Counted from the stretch's first letter, positions 39,021 to 49,720 are shown. The stretch is DNA of 64,000 nt from an uncultured Chloroflexia bacterium (GCA_963715085.1 CAVQQU010000005.1:290922-354921); one strand, 5' to 3'. The notes: generated by a model from the sequence alone, not told the origin. Program-made: numbers and translations.

Positions 39021-40046
39021 GCGGCCTTCCTCCGCGCCGGCCGGCCGAAGCGGCGGCGCCTCGTGGCCGGGGTCGCCTCGTCGTCGACGGCCGGGGAGTC
39101 GATCTCGGCCCGGCGTCCGGTGAGGGCCAGGAAGACGTCGTCGAGGCTCGGCCGGTGGAGGGACAGCTCGGCGACCTCCAGCCCTGCGCCGTCGATCCGG
39201 CGGACGACCTCGGCGAGCGTGCCCGCCCCGTGGTGGACGGGGAGGCCGATGCGGCCCGAGCCCACGTCGGCGTGGGGCTCGGTGGCGGCGAGCGGGCGCA
39301 GGAGCTCCAGCGCCTCGGTCGTCCGCGCCGGGTCGACCACGCGAAGGTCAACGACATCCTCGCCGAGGCGATCCTTCAGCTGGCTGGCAGTCCCCTCGGC
39401 GATGACGAGCCCGCCGTCGATCACGGCGATCCGGTCGGCGAGGCGATCCGCCTCCTCGAGATACTGCGTCGTGAGGAGGATCGTGGTGCCGTCCGCGACG
39501 AGGCTGGCGATGACGTCCCAGAGCCCCAGGCGGCTGGCGGGATCGAGGCCCGTCGTCGGCTCGTCGAGGAAGAGCACCCCCGGCCGCCCGACGAGGCTGG
39601 CCGCCAGGTCGAGGCGACGACGCATGCCGCCGGAGTAGGTCCGGGCGGGCCGGCCTGCCGCGTGGGCGAGGTCGAAGGTGGCGAGCAGCTCGTCCGCGCG
39701 GGCGCGGGCGGTCGGACGCCCGAGGTGCAGCAGGCGCCCCACCATCTCGAGGTTCTCGCGCCCGGTCAGGTTCTCGTCCACGGCGGCGTACTGGCCCGTG
39801 AGGCCGATGCTGCGCCCGCACCGCATCCGGCTCGCGCAGGACGTCGTGGCCGGCAACCGTCGCCCGCCCTCCATCGGGGTGGAGGAGCGTGGTGAGGATC
39901 CGGACTGCCGTCGTCTTGCCGGCGCCGTTCGGACCGAGGAGGCCCAGGATCGTGCCGGATGCGACGTGCAGGTCGATGCCGCGCAGGGCGTGGACGTCGC
40001 CGTAGGACTTGCGCAGCCCTTCGGCGGAGATGGCGTGCTCGAACAT
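39017..40046 (-). CDS. ABC transporter ATP-binding protein (DrrA-like), frame change ~39830
   Basis: MFEHAISAEGLRKSYGDVHALRGIDLHV...GPNGAGKTT is in ORF 39348..40085. YSGGMRRRLDLA, LFLDEPTTGLD and LTTQYLEEAD are in ORF 39017..39874. Confidence 0.85.
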
Positions 40047-40177
40047 GGAGACCTCGTGGCGCCGCGGGTCGGTCGCCGCGGGCACCCTTCTCTTCGGGCC
40101 GGAGCTCGCGAACGGATGGGGCGGGCTGCGGGAGCCCTGCGTCAGCGGGATGGCCGCACGTCGGGCCGGGGCCTGGC

Positions 40178-40910
40178 TCAGTACCAGGGCCAGGGAACCG
40201 CCGGCCAGTCCGGGTGCGGCTGCGGGAACCGCCCGGCGCGCATGAGGTCGTCCAGCCGGGCGCGCGTGGCGGCCAGCTCACTCGCCCCGAGGTGGGGTTC
40301 CAGCTGCTCCTCCAGCCCGGGAAGCGCCCGCTGCAGGAGGAGGAGCACGTTCGATCTCGCGGCTCGCGAGCTTCGTGCCCCGCCATCCCCAGAGCACCGT
40401 CCTCAGCTTCGGCTCGAGGGCGAAGGTGACCCCGTGGTCGACGCCCTGGATGATCCCGTCGGCCCGGACGAGCAGGTGCCCGGCCTTGCGGTCGGCATTG
40501 TTCACGAGGGCATCGAAGAGGGCGATCCGGCGCAGCCGTGGATCGGCGGCCCGGATCAGCTCGATGACGTCGACGTCGTCGCGGACGTCGACCCAGAGCT
40601 GGAGCATGCCCGGCCCGGCCGGCGCGCTCTCGCGGAAGACCGTCGGCGGCACCACGTCCCACCCGGAGGCCTGCGACACGAGGAATGCCGCGACCTCCCG
40701 GTGGGCGAGCGTCCCGTCCGGGAAGTCCCAGAGCGGCCGTTCGCCGCGGATCGGCTTGTAGACGGCGGCGGCCACCGTTGTGCCCCGGCCGGGGACGTCG
40801 CCGTGGACGGCCGCCAGCAGGGTCGTGTTCGACGCCTGGACCAGGCGCCCGACGATCTCGATCTCGCCGTGCTCCAGGAACGGGATCGCGAGCGCCGGGG
40901 GAAGCGTCAC
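40178..40910 (-). CDS. SCO1664-family protein (PI3/4-kinase-like fold), frame change ~40345
   Basis: IEIVGRLVQASNTTLL...AVYKPIRGERPLWDFPDGTLAHREVAAF...NNADRKAGHLL...GVDHGVTF. The tail ...RFPQPHPDWPAVPWPWY-stop (40178) is reached only after a 1-nt shift. Confidence 0.75.
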
Positions 40911-41011
40911 CGCGGGCGGCAGCGCCGGCTCAGCCTCGTCGGGGACCGAGGGCTCGGACGGCCACGCCTCGCCGGCCTCGTCGGGCCGGCGCGTCTCGTC
41001 GCCGGGCGGGG

Positions 41012-41602
41012 TCAGTGGACGTACCCGTTGCGGCGCGGGCAGAGGTGGCCGGTCGGGTCGAGCGGCTGGCCGCAGAGCGGACAGGGCGGCCTTCCGGCGG
41101 CGATCACGCGGAGGGCGCGCTCGGCGAAGGCGCGGGCGCGGGTCGGCGTCAGGCGCACCCGCACGAGATCGGGCCCGTCCGGATCGTCGTCCGCGATCTC
41201 GAGCTCCTCCGTCCGCTCGTCGTCCTCGTCGTCCTCCTCATCGTCGTCCTCGTCGATCTCGATGCGGGCGCGAGCCTCCACGACGATCTCGTCGCTGTCG
41301 CCGTTCCAGGCCAGCGTCATCGTGCCGACCCGGAAGGCCTCCACGAGGGGCTCATCGAGGGGCGCCGTGTCGTCGTCGGCGGGCGCCAGCGCCTCGGGAA
41401 CGGACACGCCCAGGCGGGCAACCTCGGCCAGAAGAAGCGTCAGCCGCTCCGCCAGGACTGCGACCTGCACCTTCTCGAGGACGACCGAGACGAGCGAGCT
41501 GCCGCGCCGCGCCTGGAGGAAGAAGGTCCGGTTGCCCGGCTGGCCGACGGTGCCGGCGACGAAGCGATCGGGTAGGCCGTAGTCGTAGATGCGTCGAGAC
41601 AT
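41012..41602 (-). CDS. DUF3090 family protein
   Basis: MSRRIYDYGLPDRFVAGTVGQPGNRTFFLQAR..., an acidic run DEDDDEEDDEDDE and a C-terminal CPLCGQPLDPTGHLCPRRNGY. Intact. It is a conserved partner of SCO1664-family genes. Confidence 0.8.
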   Translation of the reverse strand: MSRRIYDYGLPDRFVAGTVGQPGNRTFFLQARRGSSLVSVVLEKVQVAVLAERLTLLLAEVARLGVSVPEALAPADDDTAPLDEPLVEAFRVGTMTLAWNGDSDEIVVEARARIEIDEDDDEEDDEDDERTEELEIADDDPDGPDLVRVRLTPTRARAFAERALRVIAAGRPPCPLCGQPLDPTGHLCPRRNGYVH

Positions 41603-41611
41603 GGCGGGAAT

Positions 41612-42196
41612 CTACCCCGCCGCGCCCAAGGGCGGCTCAGGCAGGCTCGGCCTCAGCTCGGCTGGCGGCTCGGCTGGCGGCTCGGTCTCCTGTTCCGCCC
41701 GTCGCTCCGGCGTCCACGAGGGGATCTCCTCGCCCTGCTCCGCGACGACGATCTGGAGGCCCCCGAAGACGGTGCAGCCCCCGATCTCGAGGCCGGGCGT
41801 GTCGGACGTCGGCTCGGCAGCGGCCGGCTTCATGACCCCGCCGAAGATGGCCGGGCCGGAGGTCCGGACGGCGACGCCGGGGGCGACGACCACCCGGGTG
41901 CCGGCGAAGACGGTCCGGATCTCGAGGTGCGCGCCGGCCGGGTCGAGCGTCGCGTCGCGGAGGTCGACGTCGGTGCCGGCGTACCAGGAGATGACGCGCC
42001 CGCCGCGGAAGCTCGGGGCGGTGCTCGAGAACGACGTGCCGTCCATGACGACAACGAGGTCGATCTCGTCAGCGGCTTCGTCCGGTCGCGGCGGTGCGCT
42101 CTGCTTGAGCCTGAGCGCGGCGATGGAGCTGGCGATGCCCGCGACGATCGAGGCGCCGATGACGATCCCGAGCAGGCGGGCGAGGAAGCGGACCAT
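41612..42196 (-). CDS. Membrane-anchored protein, LiaF-C-terminal-like (DUF2154-like) domain
   Basis: N-terminal TM segment LLGIVIGASIVAGIASSIAAL, then ...FRGGRVISWYAGTDVDLRDATL...LEIRTVFAGTRVVVAPGVAV...GGCTVFGGLQIV. Family assignment is tentative. Confidence 0.4.
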   Translation of the reverse strand: MVRFLARLLGIVIGASIVAGIASSIAALRLKQSAPPRPDEAADEIDLVVVMDGTSFSSTAPSFRGGRVISWYAGTDVDLRDATLDPAGAHLEIRTVFAGTRVVVAPGVAVRTSGPAIFGGVMKPAAAEPTSDTPGLEIGGCTVFGGLQIVVAEQGEEIPSWTPERRAEQETEPPAEPPAELRPSLPEPPLGAAG

Positions 42197-42250
42197 GGAA
42201 TCCTCCGGGCTGTTGGACGCGGATCACGATCCTACGCCTCGCGCGCGGTC

Positions 42251-43860
42251 ATGGCCCGCTACATTGCGGGGATGGACGGGCCGGCCAAGCGCGAACAGGA
42301 AGCCGAACGCCTCGAAGGCGCGATCTGGGGCCATCTCGTGGGCGACGCCCTGGGCGTGCCCTACGAGTTCCGCCCGCCGGAGGCGATCGGCGAGGTCGAG
42401 TTCGGGGCTCGAGGCACCCACCGGCCAGCCCCCCGGCACGTGGAGCGACGACGGCTCCCTCATGCTCGCCCTGCTCGACTCGCTCGTCCGGTGGGACGAC
42501 ACGTCCGGTCCGCCCGGTCGTCCGGTTCGACCCGACCGACCAGGGCCGGCGGATCCGGCGCTGGTACGACGAGGGCGCCTACACGCCCGACGGCGACGGG
42601 CGCTTCGACGTCGGGAACGCCACCCGGGCGGCCATCGACGCCCTCCGCGCCGGCGTCCCCGCCGAGGAGGCGGGGAGCGTCCTGCCCGATGGGCTCGGCA
42701 ATGGATCGCTCATGCGGATCCTGCCGGTGGCGCTCGCCGGTCGCGGCCTGGACGACGCGACCCTGGTCCACTGGGCGGTCACCGCCTCGGGCGTGACCCA
42801 CGGCGCGGCGCTGCCCACGCGTCGCCTGTGCCCTGTACGTCCTCATCGCGGCGCGATTGCTTGGGTTCGTCGGACGCTCCCGAGGCGCCCGGTGCCGCGC
42901 TCGCCGGCGCCCGCGAGGCGCTCGCGGCGCAGGTCGCCGGTACCCCGCTGGCGGATGCGCTGGCCGACCTCCTCGCCTGGAGCCGGCGCACGGGTGGCGG
43001 CCACGTCGCCGACTCCTTCTGGTCGGCCTGGGAGGCGTTCGAGGGAGCCGACTCCTACGAGGCCGCCGTCACGCGGGCGATCCGTCTCGGCCACGACACC
43101 GACTCGACCGCGGCCATCGCCGGCGGGCTGGCCGGGATCCGGTGGGGGATCGACGGGATCCCGGCGGCCTGGCTGGCCGCGATGCGCGGACACGACGTCG
43201 CCGGACCGCTCGTCGACCGTGTCCTGGCCGGGGCCGGCTGGCGAACGTCGACCGGCAGCCCGATCCGGGTCGACTGGGTGCCCCTGGGCGACGTGCCGGG
43301 GCTGGCCTCGGCCCCGGGCGCCCTCGGGATGACCCTCCTGCCCGGGAAGCGCCGGGACGGCTACAGCGGCCCCCACTGGCGCGACCCGGCGGCCGACGCC
43401 CGCCGGCTCCGCGACGTCCACGCCTGCGATACGTTCCTCCTGCTGGTCGAGGACGTGGACCTGGCGGTGAGCCGCGCCTGGGCGACGGTCCCGGCCCTCG
43501 AGGCCGCCGGGATCCGGGTCATCCGTCATCCCGTTCCCGATCTCGACGTGCCCCGCGACCGGGCCGCCTACCGGGTCACCCTCGACGATGTGCTGGCCCG
43601 GATCCGCGCGGGTGAACGGGTCGTGGTCGCCTGTCGCGGAGGCCTGGGCCGGACCGGGACGGCCGTCGCCTGCCTGCTCGTGGACGGTGGGGTGCCGCCC
43701 GACGAGGCGATCGCGCGCGTTCGCGCGGCCCGGCCGGGCACGGTGGAGCGCCGGATCCAGGAGGACTTCGTCCGGTCGTGGGGCGGACGCGCCGCGGCGG
43801 CCGACGCCGGGACGATGCCGGGCCGCCGGCCGCGAGCACGGCGCCGGGGACCGGCCATGA
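42251..43860 (+). CDS. ADP-ribosylglycohydrolase domain fused to Cys-based protein phosphatase (PTP/DSP-like) domain, about 5 frame changes
   Basis: ARH motifs GAIWGHLVGDALGVPYEF, GTWSDDGSLMLALLDSL, GNGSLMRILPVAL and GHDTDSTAAIAGGLAG. This is followed by the HCxxGxxRT-type P-loop VVACRGGLGRTGTAVACLL. Junctions are near 42420, 42505, 42820, 42865 and 43800. Confidence 0.7.
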
Positions 43861-44850
43861 TGCCCGGCCGCGTCGTCGTCGTCGGCTCGGTCAACGTCGA
43901 TCTCGTCGTGGTCGCGTCCCGCCTGCCCGGGCCGGGCGAGACCGTGACCGGCGGCGACGTCGCCCGGCATCACGGCGGCAAGGGCGGCAACCAGGCGGTC
44001 GCGGCTGCGCGGCTGGGCGCGGACGTGGCGTTCGTCGGCGCGGTCGGCGACGACGACTTCGGGGTGGCGGCGCGGGCCGCCCTCGTTGCCGAGGGGATCG
44101 ACGTGACCCACCTGCTCGTCGCCCCGCGCCCGACCGGCGTCGCCCTGATCGTGGTCGATCGAACGGGCCGAGAACATGATCGCCGTGGCCCCGGGCGCGA
44201 ACGCGGTGCCGACGCCCGCGTCCGTGGCGGCCGCCCTGGGGGCGCTGGCGATCGGACCCGGCGACGTGGTGCTGGTCAGCTGCGAGATCCCGGCCGACGC
44301 GGTCCGGGCCGCCCTCGTCACGGCGCGCGCCGCCGGGGCAACGTCCGTCCTGAATCCGGCGCCGGCCGACGGCCTGGATGCGGCCTCGATCGCGCTCGCC
44401 GACATCCTGACCCCGAACGAGGCCGAGCTGGCGCTGCTGGCCGGGGCCATCACCGGCGGGCCAGAGGCCGGCGCGGACGCGGGCGCCGCCACCGGGGGCG
44501 AGCCATCGGACGCAACAGCGGGTGCCGCCGATGTCGAGGTGCTCGCCCGTCGACTCCTGGCCCATGACGCCGGTCGCGCCGCCGTCGTCACCCTCGGCGT
44601 CGACGGGGCCCTGGCCGTGCCGGCGGACGGTCAGGCGCTCGCGATCCCCGCACTCCACGTCGTGCCGGTGGACACGACCGGCGCCGGAGACGCCTTCAAC
44701 GGCGCCCTCGCGGCAGGGCTCGCGGCGGGACTGCGCCTCGATGCTGCCGCCCGGCAGGCCGTTGCCGTCGCCGGGCTCTCCACCACGCGTGCCGGTGCCC
44801 GTGCCGGCATGCCGACGGTTGCCGAGCTGGCGGCCGCTCGGGGAGGGTGA
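43857..44850 (+). CDS. rbsK: Ribokinase (PfkB family), frame change ~44170
   Basis: VVVVGSVNVDLVV...GETV...GGKGGNQAVAAARLGA at the N-terminus. DTTGAGDAFNGALA is in ORF 44176..44850. ATGA overlap with the upstream gene's inferred stop. Confidence 0.85.
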
Positions 44851-44922
44851 CGGCGCAGCATCCTGGCGCCCCCGACCGATACCCTGTGCCGCACTGGAGT
44901 GTCGGCCCGCAGGAGGAAGGAC

Positions 44923-45636
44923 ATGCAGACCGTTGATCTCGGCCAGTTCGAGGTCCTGAGCTTCGACTGCTACGGGACCCTCATCGACTGGGAGGCGGGG
45001 ATCGCCGCCGGCCTTCGCGCCGTGCTGGGGCCGCGCGGCATCGCCGTGGACGACGACGACCTGCTCGAGCGCTACGCGCGGCACGAGGCCGCCGTCGAGG
45101 CCGGGCCGTACGCGCCCTACCGCGAGGTGCTGGCCCGCTCGCTGCGCGGCGTCTGCGCGGAGCTCGGGGTCGAGCCGACCGGGCCAGAGGTGGCAGCCTT
45201 CGGGGGCTCGGTCGGCGCCTGGCCGGCCTTCGCGGATTCGCCGGGCGCCCTGGCCCGTCTCGCGTCCCGGTACCGCCTGGCGGTCATCACGAACTGCGAC
45301 GACGACCTGTTCGCGGCGTCGAACCGTCAGCTGGGGGTGACCTTCGACTGGGTGATCACCGCCCAGCAGGTCGGCAGCTACAAGCCGAGCGAGCGCAACT
45401 TCGAGGTGGCCTTCGAGCGGATCGGCGTCCCGCGCGAGCGGATCCTCCACGTCGCCCAGAGCCTGTTCCACGATCACGTGCCGGCGAAGCGGCTGGGCAT
45501 GACGACGGCCTGGATCGACCGCCGCCACGACCGGCCGGGCAGCGGGGCCACGCCCCCCGCCTCGGCGAAGCCCGACCTGGTGGCGCCTGACATGGCAACC
45601 TTCGCCGACCTCGCGACCAGCGCAGCGCCCGCATAG
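44923..45636 (+). CDS. HAD-superfamily hydrolase (haloacid dehalogenase type II-like)
   Basis: Motif I FDCYGTLIDWE, VITNCDDD and SYKPSERNF. ATG 44923 is preceded by AGGAGGAAGG. Intact. Confidence 0.8.
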   Translation: MQTVDLGQFEVLSFDCYGTLIDWEAGIAAGLRAVLGPRGIAVDDDDLLERYARHEAAVEAGPYAPYREVLARSLRGVCAELGVEPTGPEVAAFGGSVGAWPAFADSPGALARLASRYRLAVITNCDDDLFAASNRQLGVTFDWVITAQQVGSYKPSERNFEVAFERIGVPRERILHVAQSLFHDHVPAKRLGMTTAWIDRRHDRPGSGATPPASAKPDLVAPDMATFADLATSAAPA

Positions 45637-45715
45637 CCCGCGGCCCGTCCCGGCGGCACGCGCTCGTACGGGAAACGTTGCCAGATCGCGCCGACGGCCA
45701 GGCCCGGATCCGCGC

Positions 45716-47040
45716 TCAGGGGCGGGCGGCCAGCTCGTCCAGGTAGGCCCGGATCTCCGGAACGGCCGTGAGCCGTCGCTCGAAGTAGTCGTTGACCGCG
45801 CGCAGCGCCTCCACCTTGACCTCGTCGACCTCCGCGCTGCGGCCGGCGGAGCCACGACGGCCCCGCAGGTTCGAGCGGACTTCGAGGAGGTGGCGCACCA
45901 TCTCGGCCTCCGAGCGGCCGTCGAGGGCGGCGATGGCCGACATGATGAGGTCGTCGGTCTGCCTGACCAGGACGTCGTAGTCGAAGCTCGCGCCCGGCCG
46001 ATCCGCCTCGTCGAGGGTGCGGATCTGCGCGGCGACCTGGTAGAGGACCGTCGTCGGCTCGTCGAAGAGCTCCCGGAGGTACGCCGCCTCGGCGTAGCGG
46101 CCGGTCAGCCGGAAGATGTTGTACATCCGCCGGGCCGCCTTGCCGTAGTTCGGGTCCTTCGTCGTGTACTTGATCACCTCGTGCTCGAGCTGGTCCACGT
46201 AGTCGTCGACCGCATCGGCCGAGAGCTGGCTCACGAGCCGGGTGAAGAGCGGCAGCGACTCCGCCTCGAGGTAGACCTCCTGGAAGTAGGGGTCGACGAA
46301 GCCGTCGAGGGCGACGATGGTGCCGTCGGGCGCCTCCCACGTGACGTCGAGCATGTTGCTGGCGTTCGCGAGGGCATGGCGCACCGGGTCCGCCACGATC
46401 CAGTCCAGCTTGCACCAGCCGGGCTCGGCGGCGGCCTGCTCCCAGGTGACCGCCTCGGCCTGGCCGTCGCGAGACCACCGCGATCCGGCCGGCCGCGACC
46501 TCGTCGGCCGTCCACGAGATCGGGCTCCCTGCGCGCACCGGCCGGCCGTCGCGCTCTGCGTCGAACGGGTAGCTGCCGAACTTGACTTCCCAGAGGCGGT
46601 ACGTCGGCCCGACGCGCGTCGCCAGCGCCTTCTCCCGGATGACATCGGCCAGGATCGCGCAGGCTGCCGCGCGGGTGGGCGCGCTGATGTGGATCCGCTC
46701 GAAGTAGTCGCAATCGCCGGGATAGGACTGGACCTTCCCCTGGGCGGCCGAACCGGAGAGCGCGAGCGCCGTCAGCACCGTGGGCGGCCGGTCGGGGAAG
46801 CCCACGATCTCGCCGATCGCGCGGAAGCGGGCCAGGTCCCGGGACGAGAAGTCGAGCATCGAGATGCGGTGCCCGTAGATGCCACTGTCCACGTCGACGA
46901 CGACGTCGCCGACGCCGGACTCCTCGGCCTGCGAGGGCGGTCACCCACTGGGCGGCCTCGGCCTCGTCGATCTCCACGCCGAGATGCCGGGCGGATTCGA
47001 TCACCGCGTCCAGGGCCGCGCGCTCGCCGCCATCGCTCAT
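45716..47040 (-). CDS. Uncharacterised Pol-beta-superfamily nucleotidyltransferase (~440 aa), two frame changes (~46930, ~46485)
   Basis: The NTase signature LALSGSAAQGKVQSYPGDCDYFERIHI (G-S...DxD) lies in the ORF 45474..46892 frame. A further acidic site is at CKLDWIVAD. A long helical C-terminal domain lies in ORF 45716..46645. Confidence 0.55.
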
Positions 47041-47108
47041 GTCGACCCCCATCTCTCAACGACCGCGAAGGCGTCTAGTATCGGGCGATCGCACGTCGAG
47101 GACCGGCC

Positions 47109-47674
47109 GTGGACGCAGAGACCTGGATCAGCGTGGACGTGGAGACGTCCGGGCCCACCCCCGGGACCGGGAGCCTCCTTGCGATCGGCGCCTGCCTCGT
47201 GGACCGGCCGGAGGAGGGGATCGAGCTCCTCGTGCGCCCCGACCCGACGCTGCCCTGGAGCGACGAGGCCGAGGCCGTCCACCGCCTGGGGCGCGAGCGG
47301 CTCGCCCGCGACGGCCTGGAGCCCGGCGAGGCGATGGAGCGGCTCGCGGCGTGGCTGGAAGGCGTCGTCCCGGCCGGCGCCCGCCCTGTCTTCGTCGGCT
47401 TCAACGCGCCGTTCGACTGGATGTTCGTGGCCGAGTACTCGTGGCGGCACCTGCGCCGCAACCCCTTCGGGATGAGCGCCCTCGACCTCAAGGCGCTCTA
47501 CCTCGGCCGCCACCTCGGCGAGGGAGCATCACGTGGGCCGAGACCTCGAGCGACCATGTCCGCGCGCGCTACCCGGTCGACCTCCCGCACACGCACGGGG
47601 CGCTCGACGATGCTCGCGAGCAGGCGGCGATCTGCCGGCTCATCGTGGAGGAAGGGCGGCAGTCGGGCGGGTGA
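47109..47674 (+). CDS. DEDDh (DnaQ/RNase T-like) 3'-5' exonuclease, frame change ~47525
   Basis: ExoI ISVDVETSG, ExoII FVGFNAPFDWMF and ExoIII HGALDDAREQA. The last motif is in the frame of ORF 47039..47674. Confidence 0.75.
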
Positions 47675-47681
47675 CGAGGCG

Positions 47682-48249
47682 TCAGGCGCGGCGGTAGATC
47701 CCCGCGTCGCGGGTCACCAGCCCATGCTCCACGAGGTGGCGCCGCAGCGAGGCGACATCCGGGTGGAAGACGGCCAGCCGGGCGTTGACTTCCTTCTCCG
47801 CGTACGGCCGATCCTCGGCGAAGCAGCGCTCCCGCAGGTAGCGCAGCACGACCTCCTTCTTCTTCTCCTGCGCCGGGATCGCCACGAGGCGCCCGTCGAC
47901 GATGAACGCCCGCAGGACCTTGGCGTCGAACGCCGGAAGGGCCTCACCGTCGGGCCCGGGGAGTGTCGCCGTCCGCTCTCGCGCCCGCTCGAGACTCTCC
48001 GAGCTGGCGGCCCAGCGCCTGGAGGCGGTCCACCCGCAGCGAGTACTCCACGTACGGGTGGCTTGGCCGGCCCCGGACGAGGCCGGCTGCCTCCAGCCGC
48101 TTCAGGTGGTGGACGACGGTTCCCGGCGTGAGCTCCACGGACGCGGCCAACTCCTCGACGGTGTACGGCCGCGCCGCGAGCAGGCCGACGATCCGCAGTC
48201 GCGATGCGTCGGACAGGGCCTTGAGGGTGAGGAGCAGGTCTGCGTCCAT
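47682..48249 (-). CDS. ArsR-type HTH regulator fused to DUF2087 domain, frame change ~47990
   Basis: The HTH part ALSDASRLRIVGLLAARPYTVEELAASVELTPGTVVHHLKRLEAAGLV is in ORF 47944..48249. The DUF2087 part KKEVVLRYLRERCFAEDRPYAEKEVNARLAVFHPDVASLRRHLV is in ORF 47682..47885. Confidence 0.75.
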
Positions 48250-48324
48250 GGCGACGGATCGTGCCAGACGATTTGATGCCTGTCAAACCATGCGTGTGGG
48301 AGCCCGCGGCGGACGGGCGGACGG

Positions 48325-49341
48325 TCAGGCGCCCCGGTCCGCGGGATCGGCGGTGCCGCGCGACTCGACGAGCGTCGTCGGGGCGTTGTGGATGGCCGGG
48401 ATGCTCCCCAGCCGGCCGGCCTGGTAGTCCTCGAAGGCCTGGATCACCTCGGCCCGCGTGTTCATGACGAAGGGCCCCATCCAGGCGACCGGCTCGCGGA
48501 TCGGGCGGCCGCCCAGGATCAGCACGTCGAGGTTGGGGCTGCGGCTCTCCTGGACCGGCGCGGCGTCCATCGCCAGCGCGTCGCCGGGGCCGAAGACGGC
48601 GAGCTGCCCGGTCTCCACCGGCCGCCGCTCCGCGCCGACGGTGCCATGCCCGGCCAGGACGTAGAGCAGGGCGTTGTAGTCCGGTCGCCACGGAAGAGCG
48701 AGCCGGGCGCCCGGGCTCAGGGTGGCGTGGACCAGGGTCATCGGCGTGTAGGTCGAGCCGGGGCCGGCGTGCCCGGCCACCTCGCCCGCGATGACCCGGA
48801 CGAGCGCGCCGCCGTCGGCGGACGAGACGAGCGCGACCTCGCGCGCCCGCAGGTCCTGGTAGCGCGGGGCGGACCACTTGAGGTCGCGCGGCAGGTTGAC
48901 CCAGAGCTGGATGCCGTGGAAGAGCCCGCCGCTCACGACGAGCGCCTCCGGGGGCTTCTCGATGTGGAGGATCCCGGCGCCGGCGGTCATCCACTGCGTG
49001 TCGCCGTTCGTGATGACCCCGCCGCCGCCGTTCGAGTCGCTGTGCTCGAAGGTGCCGTCCATCATGTACGTCACGGTCTCGAACCCGCGGTGCGGGTGCC
49101 ACGGCGTGCCCTTCGGCTCGCCCGGGGCGTACTCCACCTCGCCCATCTGGTCCATGTGGACGAACGGATCGAGGTCGGCGAGGTCGACGCCATGGAATGC
49201 GCGGCGGACGGGGAAGCCTTCGCCCTCGAACCCGCGCGGTGCGCTCGTCACCGTGCGCACGGCGCGCTGGCGGGTCGCGATCGGGTCCGGGTCCGGGATC
49301 CGGGGCAGGACGGTGATGTCGTCGACGGTGATGGCGGGCAT
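48325..49341 (-). CDS. Pirin family protein
   Basis: PWHPHRGFETVTYMMDG...GDTQWMTAGAGILHIE...GIQLWVNLP. Bicupin, about 338 aa from ATG 49341. Intact. Confidence 0.9.
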   Translation of the reverse strand: MPAITVDDITVLPRIPDPDPIATRQRAVRTVTSAPRGFEGEGFPVRRAFHGVDLADLDPFVHMDQMGEVEYAPGEPKGTPWHPHRGFETVTYMMDGTFEHSDSNGGGGVITNGDTQWMTAGAGILHIEKPPEALVVSGGLFHGIQLWVNLPRDLKWSAPRYQDLRAREVALVSSADGGALVRVIAGEVAGHAGPGSTYTPMTLVHATLSPGARLALPWRPDYNALLYVLAGHGTVGAERRPVETGQLAVFGPGDALAMDAAPVQESRSPNLDVLILGGRPIREPVAWMGPFVMNTRAEVIQAFEDYQAGRLGSIPAIHNAPTTLVESRGTADPADRGA

Positions 49342-49394
49342 GGCGGTTCGATCCTGTGCTGGGCGCGGCGCGGGACGTGGTGCCGCGACGCCCA

Positions 49395-49412
49395 TAGTTG
49401 CACGCGCAACTA
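49395..49412. promoter_or_regulatory. Palindrome TAGTTGCACGCGCAACTA upstream of pirin, same motif as the marR/yceI sites
   Basis: Perfect 7-bp arms with a 4-nt spacer, 54 nt upstream of the pirin ATG. Confidence 0.6.
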
Positions 49413-49477
49413 CTTGCCGTCAAGGACGGGGTTGTCGGGTTCGAGGATGTCGCCGCCCGCGGCGTCAGCGCCTCGGG

Positions 49478-49720
49478 TCAGCCCGCGGCGAAGAGCGAGG
49501 CGTACCCGTTGAGGGCCGGCTGGCCGTCGAGGTGGGCGTAGAGCATGTTCGGTCGGGCCCGATCTCGCCGCGCGCGATCAGGTTAGTCAGCCCGGCCATC
49601 GACTTCCCCTCGTAGAACGGGTCCGTGATCACGCCCTCGAGCCGGGCGACCAGACGCATCGCCGCCAGCGCCGGCAATCCCCTGGCGCCCGCCCCGTCAT
49701 CCGAGTGGTTCGTGACGTTC
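49478..49720 (-). pseudogene. C-terminal remnant (~80 codons) of an ACC deaminase / D-cysteine desulfhydrase family gene
   Basis: [32 protein letters not shown] is followed, after a frame change, by [22 protein letters not shown]-stop (49478). The N-terminal ~250 codons of the family are absent. Confidence 0.65.
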
